DNA of 64,000 nt from Trypanosoma brucei (taxonomy: Eukaryota), in the NCBI GenBank assembly GCA_000002445.1, contig CH464491.1, forward strand, positions 2,496,001 to 2,560,000. Reading direction: 5' to 3'. Positions 46,949 through 58,602 of this stretch are shown here, piece after piece. A model generated the notes under the pieces. It searched no databases and had not been told where the DNA came from. It was given only the letters and a program-made list of their open reading frames with translations. The position numbers were made by a program, and so were the translations under genes. The stretch's first letter is position 1; the number at the start of each line of letters is the position of its first letter.

Positions 46949-49705
46949 TCAGTCCAACCACTGAAAAAATTGGCACTTTGAACCATCACATTTTACGAAG
47001 CGCCTGCCCCTGGAAGCCGCTTGACCAGATACAAGATGCACGGCAGGCAATCCACAATGACACAACGGCGTAGCGGCACCATCAGCGAGGCCGGGTGGTA
47101 TTTGAAACAACCCACTATTAACATCTATTGAAGGGAGTGTGTACGCTGGTCGAGGTTGTTGCTGTTGTGCAAGTTGCCGCTCCTGTGGTGCGGAACGAGA
47201 CCCCCTGAGCACATTGTTTCCTTTCGTCCGTATGTGCTCTTTCATCCGAGCATCACAAAAGACACACACCTTCTCTCCTTCCTGCACTCCGGGAACAGCC
47301 GGAGATCCACCGAAGTCAAACTTGAGCATGATGGCGCTACACGATGGACAACGCGCGTCGTAAGCGAGACTCACTCGTTCCGCCGGAGGAAGCTTAATGG
47401 TAAAGTTGCACACGGGAAAGCCACGGCAAGCTAAAAAGAAACCCGAGTTATTGGAGCGAATACGAAGCCCGTTCTTTTTGCAAGACATACAGTTTGTGAT
47501 TGTCACCGTTTCATGTCCCTTCGCTAGCGGGCAGTCAGCACCACAGTGAAAACAACGAAACTCTGCCAACGATTCCATCTCGGCACCTGGTGGAGGCGAT
47601 GTGAAACAGTAGGGGCACACCGTGTGAGATGTGCCCTTGTCGATGTTCGTTATCTCTAGCACGCCAAATTTGCATATCACACAACGGTGACCACTGCGTT
47701 CTATGCGGTTATGCCGCCCATTCGGGACACGATACTCCTTTTGACATGTATCGCAACGCACGAACCAGGGGTTGCGCTCCTTCTGGACATGTTCCATCAA
47801 GTTCATAGGGTTACCGCAAGTCCCGCACTCCACCAGCCCACTAGCCGAAATGTGAGCTCTGGAGGTTCCAACCTCCTCCACGGCAGTCTGATACACGGGG
47901 TCGAGATGGAGGTGCAGCACTCTGTTCATCGCATCAGTTAAACTCAACATCTTTTGAAATATTTCCCTGTATAGGCGGACGGCGGCGTCAACAACGTCCC
48001 TCCTCGTCGCCTTTCCCGCGGCGATATCCGCCATTGCGAGCTCCATCTGAGCCCGCATCTGCGGTTGCAGAAGGCTAACCAGTCCATTTACCTCGTAAGC
48101 CGACGCAAGCGCATTGCCAACATGTGTGGGAACTAACGAAGAACCCTCACGCTTTACGTACTCCCTTTCCACTACAGTCTTGATGTGGTGTGATATTGTC
48201 GCATCAGTCCCTATACCATGTTTATCCATCAGCGTTATAAGGTCCGCCTCCGTTAAATTGGGGGGTGGAGAGGTGCGATGCTGTTCAAGGTCTGCATGTG
48301 TCGGGCGAAAACGCTCGCCTTGCTTGTAGGTTGGCAGAGTCGTGCTCTTCCATCGTTCGTAGATATACACCTCCATCCAACCCTTTTCATCAATGGTTGT
48401 CCCAGATGTTGTGAATTTTTCGCCACCGTACACAACGGCGACGGAAGTGGTGGAAGCCACGGCGTCGGGTGAAGTACACGCCAAAAAGTGGCGCACAATC
48501 AGGTTATACAGTTTAGCCCTGCCGTCGTTGGCAGCGGGCATCGGCTTCGTGGGATAGATAGGTGGATGTGCCTTGTCATCATGACCACCATTCAGCGGCC
48601 GACGAAATTTTCTGTTTGGATCGGCAAGCATCGCTTCCACAAACCCACTAACTTCCGGGTTCCGCCTCTGCGATCCCACTATATCCAGCAGTTCGTTGTC
48701 TGTGAACGAGAAAGAGTCGGTTTCAGTACGCGGGTACGATATGTACCCTTCTTGATAGAGGCTCTCTGCCCAGGTCATGCACTGATCAGACGATATGCGC
48801 AGGTGTGCGGTACACAATTTCTGCAACATGACAGTTGAAAGCGGGAAAGGCGGACGTCGTCTGTTGGGTCGCTTCATAACTTCCACAACCTCCGCTTCAG
48901 GCCTCGTGCGCGCCTCATCAAACATCTGCTGAAGCACCACAGCTGCCGCTATCTTGTCGTATATAGGGCCACGCACACTGTTAAAAGAAGTATCACCGTG
49001 CTGGAGAGTGAGTGTGAAGTAATCCTCCGGCACAAACCCTTTCTGCTCCCAGCCACGCTGAACCAGAAACCCAAGAGTTGGAAACTGGCACGGACCAAAG
49101 CTCAGGACCTTTGGAAAGTTTTTGAACTGGCTGCAAAACTTCAGGGTTTGGAATCGCGTGAAAACCGCCCCGAGGCGAAGATCGAGTTCTTGACGGGCCT
49201 CTACGGCCTCGGAGAGGGCCCTGTTTGGGGCTTTGAGATTGCGCATCGCGCCAAGTATATCACGCTTCGTAAGCGCAGAGAAATGTGCACGGCAAATAGA
49301 AATCGAACTGTGCTCCTTCTGCACCACATCAATCACCTCGAAGCAGATGTTTTCCCCCTCACGATCACAGTCCATCCACAGGGCAAGTGTCGTGGCACGC
49401 CTTCCAAGTTCCCTCAGGTTCTTCTGAATCTCACTAAGATCCGACCTCACGCGCTTCACCGTGCCCAAAGTGAATAAGTCAATGATAGGGAAACTTGCCC
49501 AGCCCGCTGCTTGTGGTGGAAAGTCGGACTCCATCAGGTGCCCCGATACGGAGGTACATATCATTGTCTTCCCCTCAAAATTAAACTCGAAAACTGGATT
49601 ATAGATGGAATGACTGCGAATAGTTCTTTGGTTACCACCCGAAAGAATGGTTGCTATTTCCCTCGCCACGCTGGGCTTCTCCGCAACATTCAGCCATATT
49701 GTCAT
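46949..49705 (-). CDS. TOP3A: DNA topoisomerase III alpha (type IA) with C-terminal Zn-ribbon/GRF zinc-finger region
   Basis: Toprim N-terminus 'MTIWLNVAEKPSVAREIATIL...MICTSVSGHLMESDFP'. Type IA core 'ISYPRTETDSFS' carries the active-site Tyr context. Several C4 ribbons follow ('CVICKFG...CPYCF', 'FHCGADC'). A terminal GRF-type finger reads 'GRRFVKCDGSKCQFFQWLD'. Confidence 0.9.
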   Translation of the reverse strand: MTIWLNVAEKPSVAREIATILSGGNQRTIRSHSIYNPVFEFNFEGKTMICTSVSGHLMESDFPPQAAGWASFPIIDLFTLGTVKRVRSDLSEIQKNLRELGRRATTLALWMDCDREGENICFEVIDVVQKEHSSISICRAHFSALTKRDILGAMRNLKAPNRALSEAVEARQELDLRLGAVFTRFQTLKFCSQFKNFPKVLSFGPCQFPTLGFLVQRGWEQKGFVPEDYFTLTLQHGDTSFNSVRGPIYDKIAAAVVLQQMFDEARTRPEAEVVEVMKRPNRRRPPFPLSTVMLQKLCTAHLRISSDQCMTWAESLYQEGYISYPRTETDSFSFTDNELLDIVGSQRRNPEVSGFVEAMLADPNRKFRRPLNGGHDDKAHPPIYPTKPMPAANDGRAKLYNLIVRHFLACTSPDAVASTTSVAVVYGGEKFTTSGTTIDEKGWMEVYIYERWKSTTLPTYKQGERFRPTHADLEQHRTSPPPNLTEADLITLMDKHGIGTDATISHHIKTVVEREYVKREGSSLVPTHVGNALASAYEVNGLVSLLQPQMRAQMELAMADIAAGKATRRDVVDAAVRLYREIFQKMLSLTDAMNRVLHLHLDPVYQTAVEEVGTSRAHISASGLVECGTCGNPMNLMEHVQKERNPWFVRCDTCQKEYRVPNGRHNRIERSGHRCVICKFGVLEITNIDKGTSHTVCPYCFTSPPPGAEMESLAEFRCFHCGADCPLAKGHETVTITNCMSCKKNGLRIRSNNSGFFLACRGFPVCNFTIKLPPAERVSLAYDARCPSCSAIMLKFDFGGSPAVPGVQEGEKVCVFCDARMKEHIRTKGNNVLRGSRSAPQERQLAQQQQPRPAYTLPSIDVNSGLFQIPPGLADGAATPLCHCGLPAVHLVSGQAASRGRRFVKCDGSKCQFFQWLD

Positions 49706-50831
49706 CCCTCACGTGACCACTGCAGGCGCTATGATCGGTTTTCCTTTTCGTCCCCTTCCTTTGTTATCCTTTCCACTAGGGGCCCCACCCCGCGTTACAC
49801 AGGACGCCTTGTGCAGCCGCGACGTCTGCTACGCCGGTGTTGGCGATTAGGGATCCCTACAAACACATGTGGTACATATGCATAACAAAAATAAAGTAAA
49901 ATGGAAAGGGGACAATGGTGAAAAAACACTCAAATAATGGGGAAGGATCCAAGGGCCAACAAAAGAAACACAACGCACGTGGACCGGGGCGGGAACTCGT
50001 GCGCCGCGGTATACAGTTACTTCTGTTGCAGCCTTCAACATGCTGGTTAACAGCAAGATTGGAACCAACGTCACATGACGGAGGAAACAATAGGGGCTAC
50101 CAACAAAGAGATAAAGACTACAGGGGAGCAAAAGTAATAGTGATCAACGCATCTCTGTATTGCGTGTGAAAAGGTCTTTGCCTCGACAACAACTCGGCGA
50201 CCTATAGCTCCACGCAAACATAATCGGCGTACGCACGTGTGCATGTATGTATACACATGATTTCGCGCCAAGGGGACGAAGGGAAGACAATCCCACTCCT
50301 TTCTACCATACCTATACAATCCCTCCAACTTTACAATGGCACGAACATGTGAACACGCACACACGCAAGCATGTGAAACACCGGGGGCACCTTCACTGAC
50401 GGGCTCTCTTGCTATTATTGTTTCCGTTCCTGATTAACTGGACAATAACTGGTATGGCTTTCGTTTCAGCTGTTCTGGCCTTCAACAACACTTGAAGAGA
50501 GGGGGGTACACCGCTACCGTCGCTTCGATTGAAGTCTGAAGTTTTTCGTTTGCATATTGATTTAATTACCTTTGCTCCTTTCCTTTCACATTTTATTCAC
50601 AGTTCATTCCCTTGTTATAGCTTCTCTATCCACTCGTTCTCCTTCCTTCAAGCTGTTTTTTCCCCCGTTGGCACACCAAAAACAGAGTAGCTGAGAAAGG
50701 GAATATTGCAATGCGTAAATAATCTCTTTACAGTCGAATCACGACAATCATCATGCCCCAGAAGGCACACGTCTTTTCTGCTATTTTCGCCCAGATTTTC
50801 ATATGTGTACCTATAGATATATATCATATAA

Positions 50832-50852
50832 ATATATATATATATATATATA
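50832..50852. repeat. (AT)n microsatellite
   Basis: Direct reading: 'atatatatatatatatatata'. Confidence 0.85.
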
Positions 50853-51074
50853 ACATTTCCTTTCACTCACAATTTATCCCCTCCCTATCTTCCCATTATA
50901 TTTTTCTCCATCGGCAACTTATTACACACTTCATACAAGCCTCTTTGGCGGCATGTTACCGCAAGAAAGGACTTGTGTATTGTATTTCACACTTGCTAGT
51001 GGAAACGAGGCGAATGGCCTGCTCTCGCTGCCTCCGTACATCCCTCGCTTTCCGCCGGCTGGTCTCCACCCTTC

Positions 51075-51863
51075 TCAGTTCACGGGTTGCTCGTCAGTCC
51101 AGAGGTTGAGGTTGTCTCGGAGGAGACGAACAATGAGGTTTGACTCACGGTAGGCCTCGTCATCAAGCGTTTCCAGCTCTGTCACGGCCTCATCGTATGC
51201 CTGCCGTGCGAGGTGGAACCCCTTCTCATGTTCCTTCATGATTTCATAGTAAAAGACAGAGAAGTTTAGTGCAAGGCCGAGGCGAATTGGATGTGTGGGT
51301 GCCAGTGAACTGTTCGCCACCTCCGTGGCCTTGGCGTAGGCGTCGAGTGCAAGCTGCCGCTGATCACCTTCCGGTGCGATCTCGGCGTAGTAGCGGTGGT
51401 AGTCGCCCTTCATTTTAAGGTAGAATACCTTCGCTTCACCTCCCTGGGAAGCAGGGATTAGGTACGTGTCAAGCAGTGACAGTAAGTCGTCGCAAACCGC
51501 CGCTAGTTCCGCCTCAAATTCGCGGCGAAGTGAGACGATCAACTCCATATTGTCACTCTTCTCCTTGGTGCTTTCGCGGTTCTCAATAGAAGTAATGATG
51601 CGCCACGCATTGCGACGGGAACCGATAACGTTCTTGTACGCCATCGAGAGCAGGTTACGCTCCTCTGTGTCAAGTTCGCTGTTCATCTTCACCAACTTGC
51701 GCATGCATTGTACCATCTCGTCGTACCGCTCCGCCTCTTCCGTTAGCTTAGCCATGAACACGAGATCCTTGGTGGCATCGGGAAGTTTGAACTCTGACAG
51801 GTTCTTCTTTGGAACAACCTCATCGAGGAGCACGGCGTTGTACCACTTGATGCAGTCCGTCAT
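51075..51863 (-). CDS. 14-3-3 protein
   Basis: 'LSMAYKNVIGSRRNAWRIITSIE...', 'YLKMKGDYHRYYAEI' and 'THPIRLGLALNFSVFYYEI' are canonical 14-3-3 blocks. Confidence 0.9.
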   Translation of the reverse strand: MTDCIKWYNAVLLDEVVPKKNLSEFKLPDATKDLVFMAKLTEEAERYDEMVQCMRKLVKMNSELDTEERNLLSMAYKNVIGSRRNAWRIITSIENRESTKEKSDNMELIVSLRREFEAELAAVCDDLLSLLDTYLIPASQGGEAKVFYLKMKGDYHRYYAEIAPEGDQRQLALDAYAKATEVANSSLAPTHPIRLGLALNFSVFYYEIMKEHEKGFHLARQAYDEAVTELETLDDEAYRESNLIVRLLRDNLNLWTDEQPVN

Positions 51864-52524
51864 TGTTTGTTGCCTCGTGTTATATTACCTTCAGGTATCC
51901 TCTCCTTAGCCTCGTAACGACCGCCTAGGCACTTTACGAAAATTTGTATGAGCGACAATTAAATATGATTAGCGTCCACAACCCAGGTAAACCTTTGCTA
52001 TCCGTCGATGCTCTACTGGCCTCCTTGAAGTGGCTGCTAAGGCTGTTTTTCGCTCTCCCTTTGCCTTCCCGCTCTATACTTTTCTTTGTTTCACTAGAAC
52101 CTTCCGCAGACGGTGTGGAGTTAATCACCAGTTGTTGCTTGGCGTGTTATTGATTGTGTTTCCCCTTAAATAACTTTCTTCTACAAGTCCGTGATGCTCT
52201 CGCAGAAAAGAAAAAAGGAAAAAAGGAACGCGCTTTCTGCGGCAAGAAAGGTGAGTTAACAGCAGCATTCCGGTGTGAAAAGATAAGGAGGAGATAGAAA
52301 GGGTAGTATGTTTAAACATAAGAAAAAGCGGCTTGCACTGTATTAAAAGCACGGTACCCAAACACAAAAGAAACATGAAAAACAAAACAATAACTAACCA
52401 AAAGTGAGAACTGGAAAAAAAAAGAGTGGGGAACAAAGTCCACCGCATGTAATCTAAGAGAGGAGGTCACTGCAACACCGCCTCTATAAAAACAACACGC
52501 GCATGTATTTAAAAAATGGCACAA

Positions 52525-52559
<35 letters not shown>

Positions 52560-52575
52560 TGTGTATATATATATT
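52525..52575. repeat. Compound AT/GT-rich microsatellite
   Basis: Direct reading: 'atacatatatatatatatatatatgtatatatatgtgtatatatatat'. Confidence 0.85.
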
Positions 52576-52788
52576 TGCATGTCAAACATAAGTCGCGGTT
52601 GTCGTTGTTTCTGAACAAACAAAAAAGTGTCACACACAGGCACCATCTTATTCTCTCCTTTGCCTCCTGAGCGCGCAGCTATTCCAGTAAATATATTTGG
52701 GCTCTTTTGCCCTCTCCTTGTTATGCATCTATGTTTGTTTTATGCTTTCATTGAATCTATGGTTTAACGCTCCCAACCCATAGAGTTG

Positions 52789-54447
52789 TCACTTTGACAA
52801 CTCAACGAGCCGCTGGTGAAGCGCCTCTGCCTGTTCCGTCTGCCCTCGCAGCAGCGTCATAACGTCCAAACCGGATGGGGCTGTAGGAAAGGCGTGTGCG
52901 TAAGTTGATGGCACTCGCTGCTCCCGTTGAGGGGGTTTCCGTTCCATGGTCTCTAAGGAATAGCACGGCCGCAGTTCCATGTCACGTTCTAGAAGCGCGT
53001 GTACAAGTCGACGCCGCACAGTCTCCGCCTGGGAACTCTCCACCTTCGCCTGCTTTTTAATTCGCTTGAGCTCCTGTCGAACGAGCCGCACGCGTCGATC
53101 GGCCGCGTCTTCCAAATCCTTAACGTGCGTCTCTGACACCTCCACAAGGCGACGTGCCTCCTGGAGCTCCTCCTCGCGGAAACGCAATTGAATTCGTAGT
53201 CGTTCCACCTCCAATCCACTCTCTTCCTGGCCTTTATGAGACGCAACCAAATCCTGTACTTGTTTGCGCGCGGCTGCGAGATGCTGCGAGAGGTGATCTC
53301 GCTCGGCTGTTAACCACTCCTCGCGCTGGGTGAGGGTCTCCATTTGGGTTCGCAACTGCTTACACTCCGCCGCATAGCTCTCAAGTTTTGCCTCACGTTG
53401 CCGCAACAAGCGCTTGCTCTCCTCAAGTTCTGAACGAGTTTGCTCCACACGCCACCCCTGTTGTTGCTGCTCCGAGCGAGAATCTGCCAGTAACTTTTGC
53501 ACGGCGGCAACTTCCTCACGCGCGTCTGCGCGCACAGTTTCCAGCTGTTGGTGAACAGATCGTTGCAGCGCCGAATATTTCTCCTGCTCCTGAACCCTCT
53601 GTGCTGCCGCTTCGTCCGCTGCCGCAGAGAGCTGACTCACACGCTCTAACAGCCGAGCCTTCTCTTCAGCGTCTTCAACGCGCAATGCCTCTAACTCCTC
53701 CGCATGCCTCGACTCTGCCTCACACAGTCGGACCTGCGCATCGCGAAGTTCGGCCGTTAGAGTTTCCACCTGAAGCGCAGCCTTCCTGGCATCAGACACA
53801 CACTTTTCGCGCGACACGGCGGCATCGTTCTGCAAATCTGAGGACCGCCGCACGAGAGAGCGCATTTGAAGCAGTTCTGCCTCCATACTCCGACAACGCT
53901 GCTCTACCTCCAATTGCCGCCCTTGTTGCTCACGCAAAGCATTATGAGCGGTCAAAAGTTGTTGACTGAAGCGTTCCCTCTCCTCCAGCAGCTGTCCATT
54001 CTGTACTGCGCACCGCTCTTCAAGCTCAGAAACCTGTCGTTTCAACTGCTGAACAACCGTCACGTCAGCCGACACGTTCAGACGTTGCTGAAGATCTTTT
54101 ATCTGCGCCCGTAGCTGGTCCATCTGCTGCTCCTGTTCCAGCAAGTTGTCGGCAACGGCGTGCCGTGCATTTTCCAGTCGCCCCTTGAGGTGCTCCACAG
54201 ACACTGTCGCTGCAAGGTATCGGTCCTTGTAGGCCAGAGCCTCCTCTAGCTCCTTCTTCAGCTCCCGCATCCCGCTATTTAACCTGTCCTCATTGTTCTT
54301 AGCTGCCTCCAACTGCTTCACAAGCCGCTCACTCCGTTCCCGCTCACTTTGCAACTCGTGAGTCACGCCAGCATATTTCTCACTAAGGGCAGCGAAGTTC
54401 TCTCGGAACTCGGTGCAAACCGCCAGCAGCTCACTGTACGTTTTCAT
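52789..54447 (-). CDS. Long coiled-coil protein (552 aa), hypothetical
   Basis: Near-continuous heptad-like Glu/Leu/Arg/Gln composition: 'ELQSERERSERLVKQLEAAKNNEDRLN...LRAQIKDLQQRLN...'. The antisense-frame ORF 53388..53969 is the mirror artefact of this gene. Confidence 0.6.
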   Translation of the reverse strand: MKTYSELLAVCTEFRENFAALSEKYAGVTHELQSERERSERLVKQLEAAKNNEDRLNSGMRELKKELEEALAYKDRYLAATVSVEHLKGRLENARHAVADNLLEQEQQMDQLRAQIKDLQQRLNVSADVTVVQQLKRQVSELEERCAVQNGQLLEERERFSQQLLTAHNALREQQGRQLEVEQRCRSMEAELLQMRSLVRRSSDLQNDAAVSREKCVSDARKAALQVETLTAELRDAQVRLCEAESRHAEELEALRVEDAEEKARLLERVSQLSAAADEAAAQRVQEQEKYSALQRSVHQQLETVRADAREEVAAVQKLLADSRSEQQQQGWRVEQTRSELEESKRLLRQREAKLESYAAECKQLRTQMETLTQREEWLTAERDHLSQHLAAARKQVQDLVASHKGQEESGLEVERLRIQLRFREEELQEARRLVEVSETHVKDLEDAADRRVRLVRQELKRIKKQAKVESSQAETVRRRLVHALLERDMELRPCYSLETMERKPPQREQRVPSTYAHAFPTAPSGLDVMTLLRGQTEQAEALHQRLVELSK

Positions 54448-55069
54448 TGTACTACCACGCTATCCCTCCCTTCCAGTAGCTGAGCGATGAGTGACTTCTG
54501 CAAATATTAACAGATAAAAAGTAAATAGAAACGAAATGAGATTAAAAAGCTGAAACAGTAATGCAGGAAGCAGTTACAATACCTCAAGATACGCGTATAT
54601 AATAACTTATTGGATAGCCTGGAAGAAGACGATTTTTAACAAAAAAAAACACGCCGACAGATGCACACAAAGAGAAATTCTGCCACGTGCAAATAGCTAA
54701 GAAGCAAAGTACGCAATCATTCTCTAAAACTGTGTACCCGCCAGCACACCGCACAACAATCACAACACCATCTACTCCAACTATCACTTTACCTTCCCCC
54801 TCCCTTCACCTCCACCCCTCTTAAAACACTGAGGGCATGTTCACTTCACATGCATACGAGCAGGGGGTAGTCATAACACCGTTCAGAATTTGGTATATAA
54901 GCTCCCCCAAAGTGCAGCGACACGGCTCCCTTCTCACACAAGTTTTTCACTTACGTAGGCGTGCCCAGAATGCGATTACCCGTCAGATAGGGGAAGAGGG
55001 CAGAACAGGAGGAAAAGTTAGCGATCCAGGAAAAAAAAAGAAAGTTCGATGATATGGCAAAGAGAGGAG

Positions 55070-56095
55070 TTACGACTTCGTTGCGACAATGATTCTACAC
55101 ACCATCGACGCGAGTTGCAACGGTGTGCCTACACCCTCAGCTACCCTCATCGTCACCTCTCCTATAATACGCAGAACTTGTAGTTGCTGCTTCTCGTCGC
55201 GGAATAATTTAACATTCTGAGCGGCGCGGAAGAACGTCGAGATAACATCGGAGGTAGCATAGCCACGACCCAAAAGCCGCTGCATCTCCTTATGCGCTGC
55301 GGCAAGGTCTTGTTTCACACAGCTAGTCAATATGGCTTCAACAAGCTGGGGATGAGGTAAGTCGCAAACCTTGAACACATTATCCGCATTCACCAGACTG
55401 TATCCCGAACACGTTGCCTGCAGCGCATTCACAGCGGAACGAAGGTCACCGTCAGCGAGATACAGCAGTGCCTCGAGCCCGTCATCAGTGTATGCAACAT
55501 TCTCTTGTTGAATGATGTACATGAGGCGCCTCAGGATATCAGTGTGGGAGAGTTTTCTGAAGCGCACCACGGCACAGCGTGATTGAATTGGTTCTATAAT
55601 TTTATGGCTGTTATTACACGCAAACGCAAACCGCGTCGTACTGGAGTGAAGCTCAATGGTGCGGCGCAGGGCCTGTTGAGCAGCGGGTGTCATGCTGTCT
55701 GCCTCGTCAAGAATTACAATTTTGTGCAGATTGATTTTCCGGTTGTTCGAGTCACCCACTCTCTGCGGGAGGGTTTTCTTCGTCTGCGCGAAAAGTTTGA
55801 TTTTCTCCCGCACCACGTCAAGGCCCCGATCATCGCTGGCATTAAGCTCCAACACGGCATCCTTTAGTGCGTTGTTGTTTGAGCCACCACCATCCGGATC
55901 ACTGAGGAGGCTTCGAGCGAGGCATAGCATACTTGTGGTCTTGCCTGTGCCCGGCGGCCCACAGAGCAATAGATTTGGAAGGTTCCCCTCGCGCGCGATA
56001 ACTTGCAACCGTGCAACGGCATCAGCATTTCCAACAATGTCTTCCATCGACATCGGGCGGTATTTCTCCACCCAAGGTACTGTCTGTTGTGTCAT
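55070..56095 (-). CDS. Replication factor C small subunit (RFC2-5 class AAA+ clamp loader)
   Basis: 'VEKYRPMSMEDIVGNADAVARLQVIAREGNLPNLLLCGPPGTGKTTSMLCLA' gives the RFC box II/III and P-loop. 'ILDEADSMT' is the DEAD-like Walker B and 'CNNSHKIIEPIQSRC' is the SRC motif. The start is set at the ATG at 56095 (MTQQTVPWVEKYRP). The ORF-track start at 56128 adds 11 codons. Confidence 0.9.
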   Translation of the reverse strand: MTQQTVPWVEKYRPMSMEDIVGNADAVARLQVIAREGNLPNLLLCGPPGTGKTTSMLCLARSLLSDPDGGGSNNNALKDAVLELNASDDRGLDVVREKIKLFAQTKKTLPQRVGDSNNRKINLHKIVILDEADSMTPAAQQALRRTIELHSSTTRFAFACNNSHKIIEPIQSRCAVVRFRKLSHTDILRRLMYIIQQENVAYTDDGLEALLYLADGDLRSAVNALQATCSGYSLVNADNVFKVCDLPHPQLVEAILTSCVKQDLAAAHKEMQRLLGRGYATSDVISTFFRAAQNVKLFRDEKQQLQVLRIIGEVTMRVAEGVGTPLQLASMVCRIIVATKS

Positions 56096-56655
56096 CTTGT
56101 GGAAGTTACCTGGTGGCACACAATACACTGTTATATGTCACGCAACCGCGCAGTTTCAAGTGCCTAAGCACAACAAATACCAGGTCGCTAGACTGCTTTA
56201 CAGCTAGAGTACAATTTGTTCAAACCGCTAGCGGTACCTCCTTTCGATTATATTTAATTTCCGTCGCCCACTTTTTTCTCCAGTTATCTTTTAGTCGCCG
56301 CACGCCTCCTTTCTGTTTTTATATTTTTACCTGCACTCACAACCTCACCCTTAGGTAGTCCTTTCGGTGTAGTCGTCTTGTTTGTTTATGTCCACTTTAG
56401 AAGAGATGCCACTTATAAGCACTCACGCACACACACCACCCGCGAGTGATGGGTTGGAGGTGACGGACTGCGGCCTCACCATGTTTAAGCAGGAAAGAAG
56501 TGAGTAAACGGAAGTATGCTAGCATAAGGAAGTTGAGTACATGCAAATGAGCAAGGTGTCCGCAGGAGCACACATGAAACAAAAAGGGGGGATGATATTT
56601 TAAAGACGAGATCAGAGCATTTCCACTTCAGAACGAGCGAAACGCCGAAATAGGC

Positions 56656-58290
56656 CTACCCAACGGGGTCTTGTAAAAACGATGCTACCCTGAAACCAAT
56701 GGCCGCACCAATCACACTGCTGGAACCGCAAGTCGGCGCAGGCACAACGCTGGCGTCAGCCACATAGATACCCTCCACACCACGCACACGCAAACTACTG
56801 TCCACAACGCTTCCAAGAGCGCATGTGCCGAAGAGGTCCCCGGTGCTCTCTGCGTACCGCGCCAAAAACGCGGCGCAGCTCCTCTGCGTGGCAAGCCCGT
56901 CAGCCGGGTGATGCAACCTCACATCGAGTGAAGCAAAGGGGGAACGATCATTATACCTGTCACCACCAGGGCCACAGAGTGAACCTACCCACCGCAAACC
57001 CTCATCCATACACTGCACATCATGTCGTGTGGAGAGCATGCGACTGGTGATCCGTATGTTTTCACCGTTAGTTGTCGAAACGCAGTTGGCCCCATCATTT
57101 GAGAGAGTCAACTCACCACGCGCCTCAGGATAGTGATGTGCAACACGAACGGCAAATCCAGTGAACGGCCGCCAGCCACACCACCTAACGTTGGGTGTCG
57201 GGTAAAAAGTTAAAGAAAGGTCGGGATGGGCTAGTTCAGGGGTAGACCGTACAAAGGCACCCGCCTCACACAATGAAGCGAATATACCGCTTCGATCCTC
57301 GTTGTACTCTCTCCATTGACTTAAAAGGTAGCCACTGTTCCCCCAACTTAATGACTTACTACGCAGGTTAGAACCATCGGTTACACGGAAAACAACAGTT
57401 GCGCAACAAGATTGTATGAGATTCTGCCCTACCCCCTGCAAATCCGCCACAGTTCCCTGAGGGCCTACACCACTCCGAAGCAGCAGCGCTGGAGACTCAA
57501 TCGAACCCAGACACACGACCAAGCGGGGAGCCGAGAGAACGGTTGACTGATCACCTTCCACTACCTCAACACCTGTGGCTCGCTTTCCGTCAAAAACAAT
57601 GCGATGTGCCCGCGTTCTGCTCATCACCGTAACATTTGGTAGAAGGTGTCGTTCCGCTTCAAGCAAACAATCGAACACATCAACACGAACACCCTTTCCA
57701 ACGTGTGATTGGAAAACCGAGAAACCATCAGGTGAACCATTGTTGAACTCATCCGTCTGTGGAATGCCAAGAGATTCACATGACTCAAACCAGCGAACAT
57801 TAAGCTCTGAAGAAACACTTGCCGGAGGAGGATCAGTGACTAACAGAGGGCCACTATCACCATGGTAAACGTCACTACCATCTCTCAAATTTCGCTCAAG
57901 GGCCTTAAAGATGGGAAGCACACTATCCATCGTCCAGTCATTGTCTTTCCAAGACGCATAATCATCATTACTGCCTCGGAGATACCTCATGTCATTGCAC
58001 CAGCTGCTCCCCCCGAGGCAACAGCCCTTAACATAAAGTAATTTTCGGCCACCGATACAACTCTCAGATACGCCACGGTAAGACCTGAGAAACTCCCGAG
58101 TACTTCTCACAGAAGAGATAAACGGATAAAATAAAGGCACCCGCATCACAATTGGCGGAGCCCTCGACGAACCTTGTTCCACAATGCAAACATTTGCCCC
58201 GGGATTTTGAAGTGCTATAGCACGACCGGCAGCACAACCAGCGGCACCAGCACCAAGTACGATGACATCAAATGTCCGTTTGCATGTCAT
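56656..58290 (-). CDS. GMC-family FAD oxidoreductase (choline-dehydrogenase-like)
   Basis: N-terminal FAD fold 'FDVIVLGAGAAGCAAGRAIA...ANVCIVEQG'. C-terminal GMC signature 'GTCALGSVVDSSLRVRGVEGIYVADASVVP'. Confidence 0.85.
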   Translation of the reverse strand: MTCKRTFDVIVLGAGAAGCAAGRAIALQNPGANVCIVEQGSSRAPPIVMRVPLFYPFISSVRSTREFLRSYRGVSESCIGGRKLLYVKGCCLGGSSWCNDMRYLRGSNDDYASWKDNDWTMDSVLPIFKALERNLRDGSDVYHGDSGPLLVTDPPPASVSSELNVRWFESCESLGIPQTDEFNNGSPDGFSVFQSHVGKGVRVDVFDCLLEAERHLLPNVTVMSRTRAHRIVFDGKRATGVEVVEGDQSTVLSAPRLVVCLGSIESPALLLRSGVGPQGTVADLQGVGQNLIQSCCATVVFRVTDGSNLRSKSLSWGNSGYLLSQWREYNEDRSGIFASLCEAGAFVRSTPELAHPDLSLTFYPTPNVRWCGWRPFTGFAVRVAHHYPEARGELTLSNDGANCVSTTNGENIRITSRMLSTRHDVQCMDEGLRWVGSLCGPGGDRYNDRSPFASLDVRLHHPADGLATQRSCAAFLARYAESTGDLFGTCALGSVVDSSLRVRGVEGIYVADASVVPAPTCGSSSVIGAAIGFRVASFLQDPVG

Positions 58291-58602
58291 TACCTTTTAT
58301 ATAGAACAAAATAGAAAAAAATATTCCGTTATACGCCAAAAAAAAACAAACAGAGAACACAACTGGGATTCAAAAAGAAAAAAACAAACCAACACCTTCA
58401 AATAGGCGAAACCCACGAGTCTAAAGAACTGAGTTAAAAAACAGCCTACAACAAAGAATACTACACCAACCCTCAACCCACACAGACCACTCAATTACAC
58501 ACGTGAAGAGAGTCCACCCAAGGGACATTACATGAACACAAAAGCGCATTCAAACGACAAATTTGTGAGTCAACGGGGGGAAAAAAGCATCAGACGCACG
58601 GT

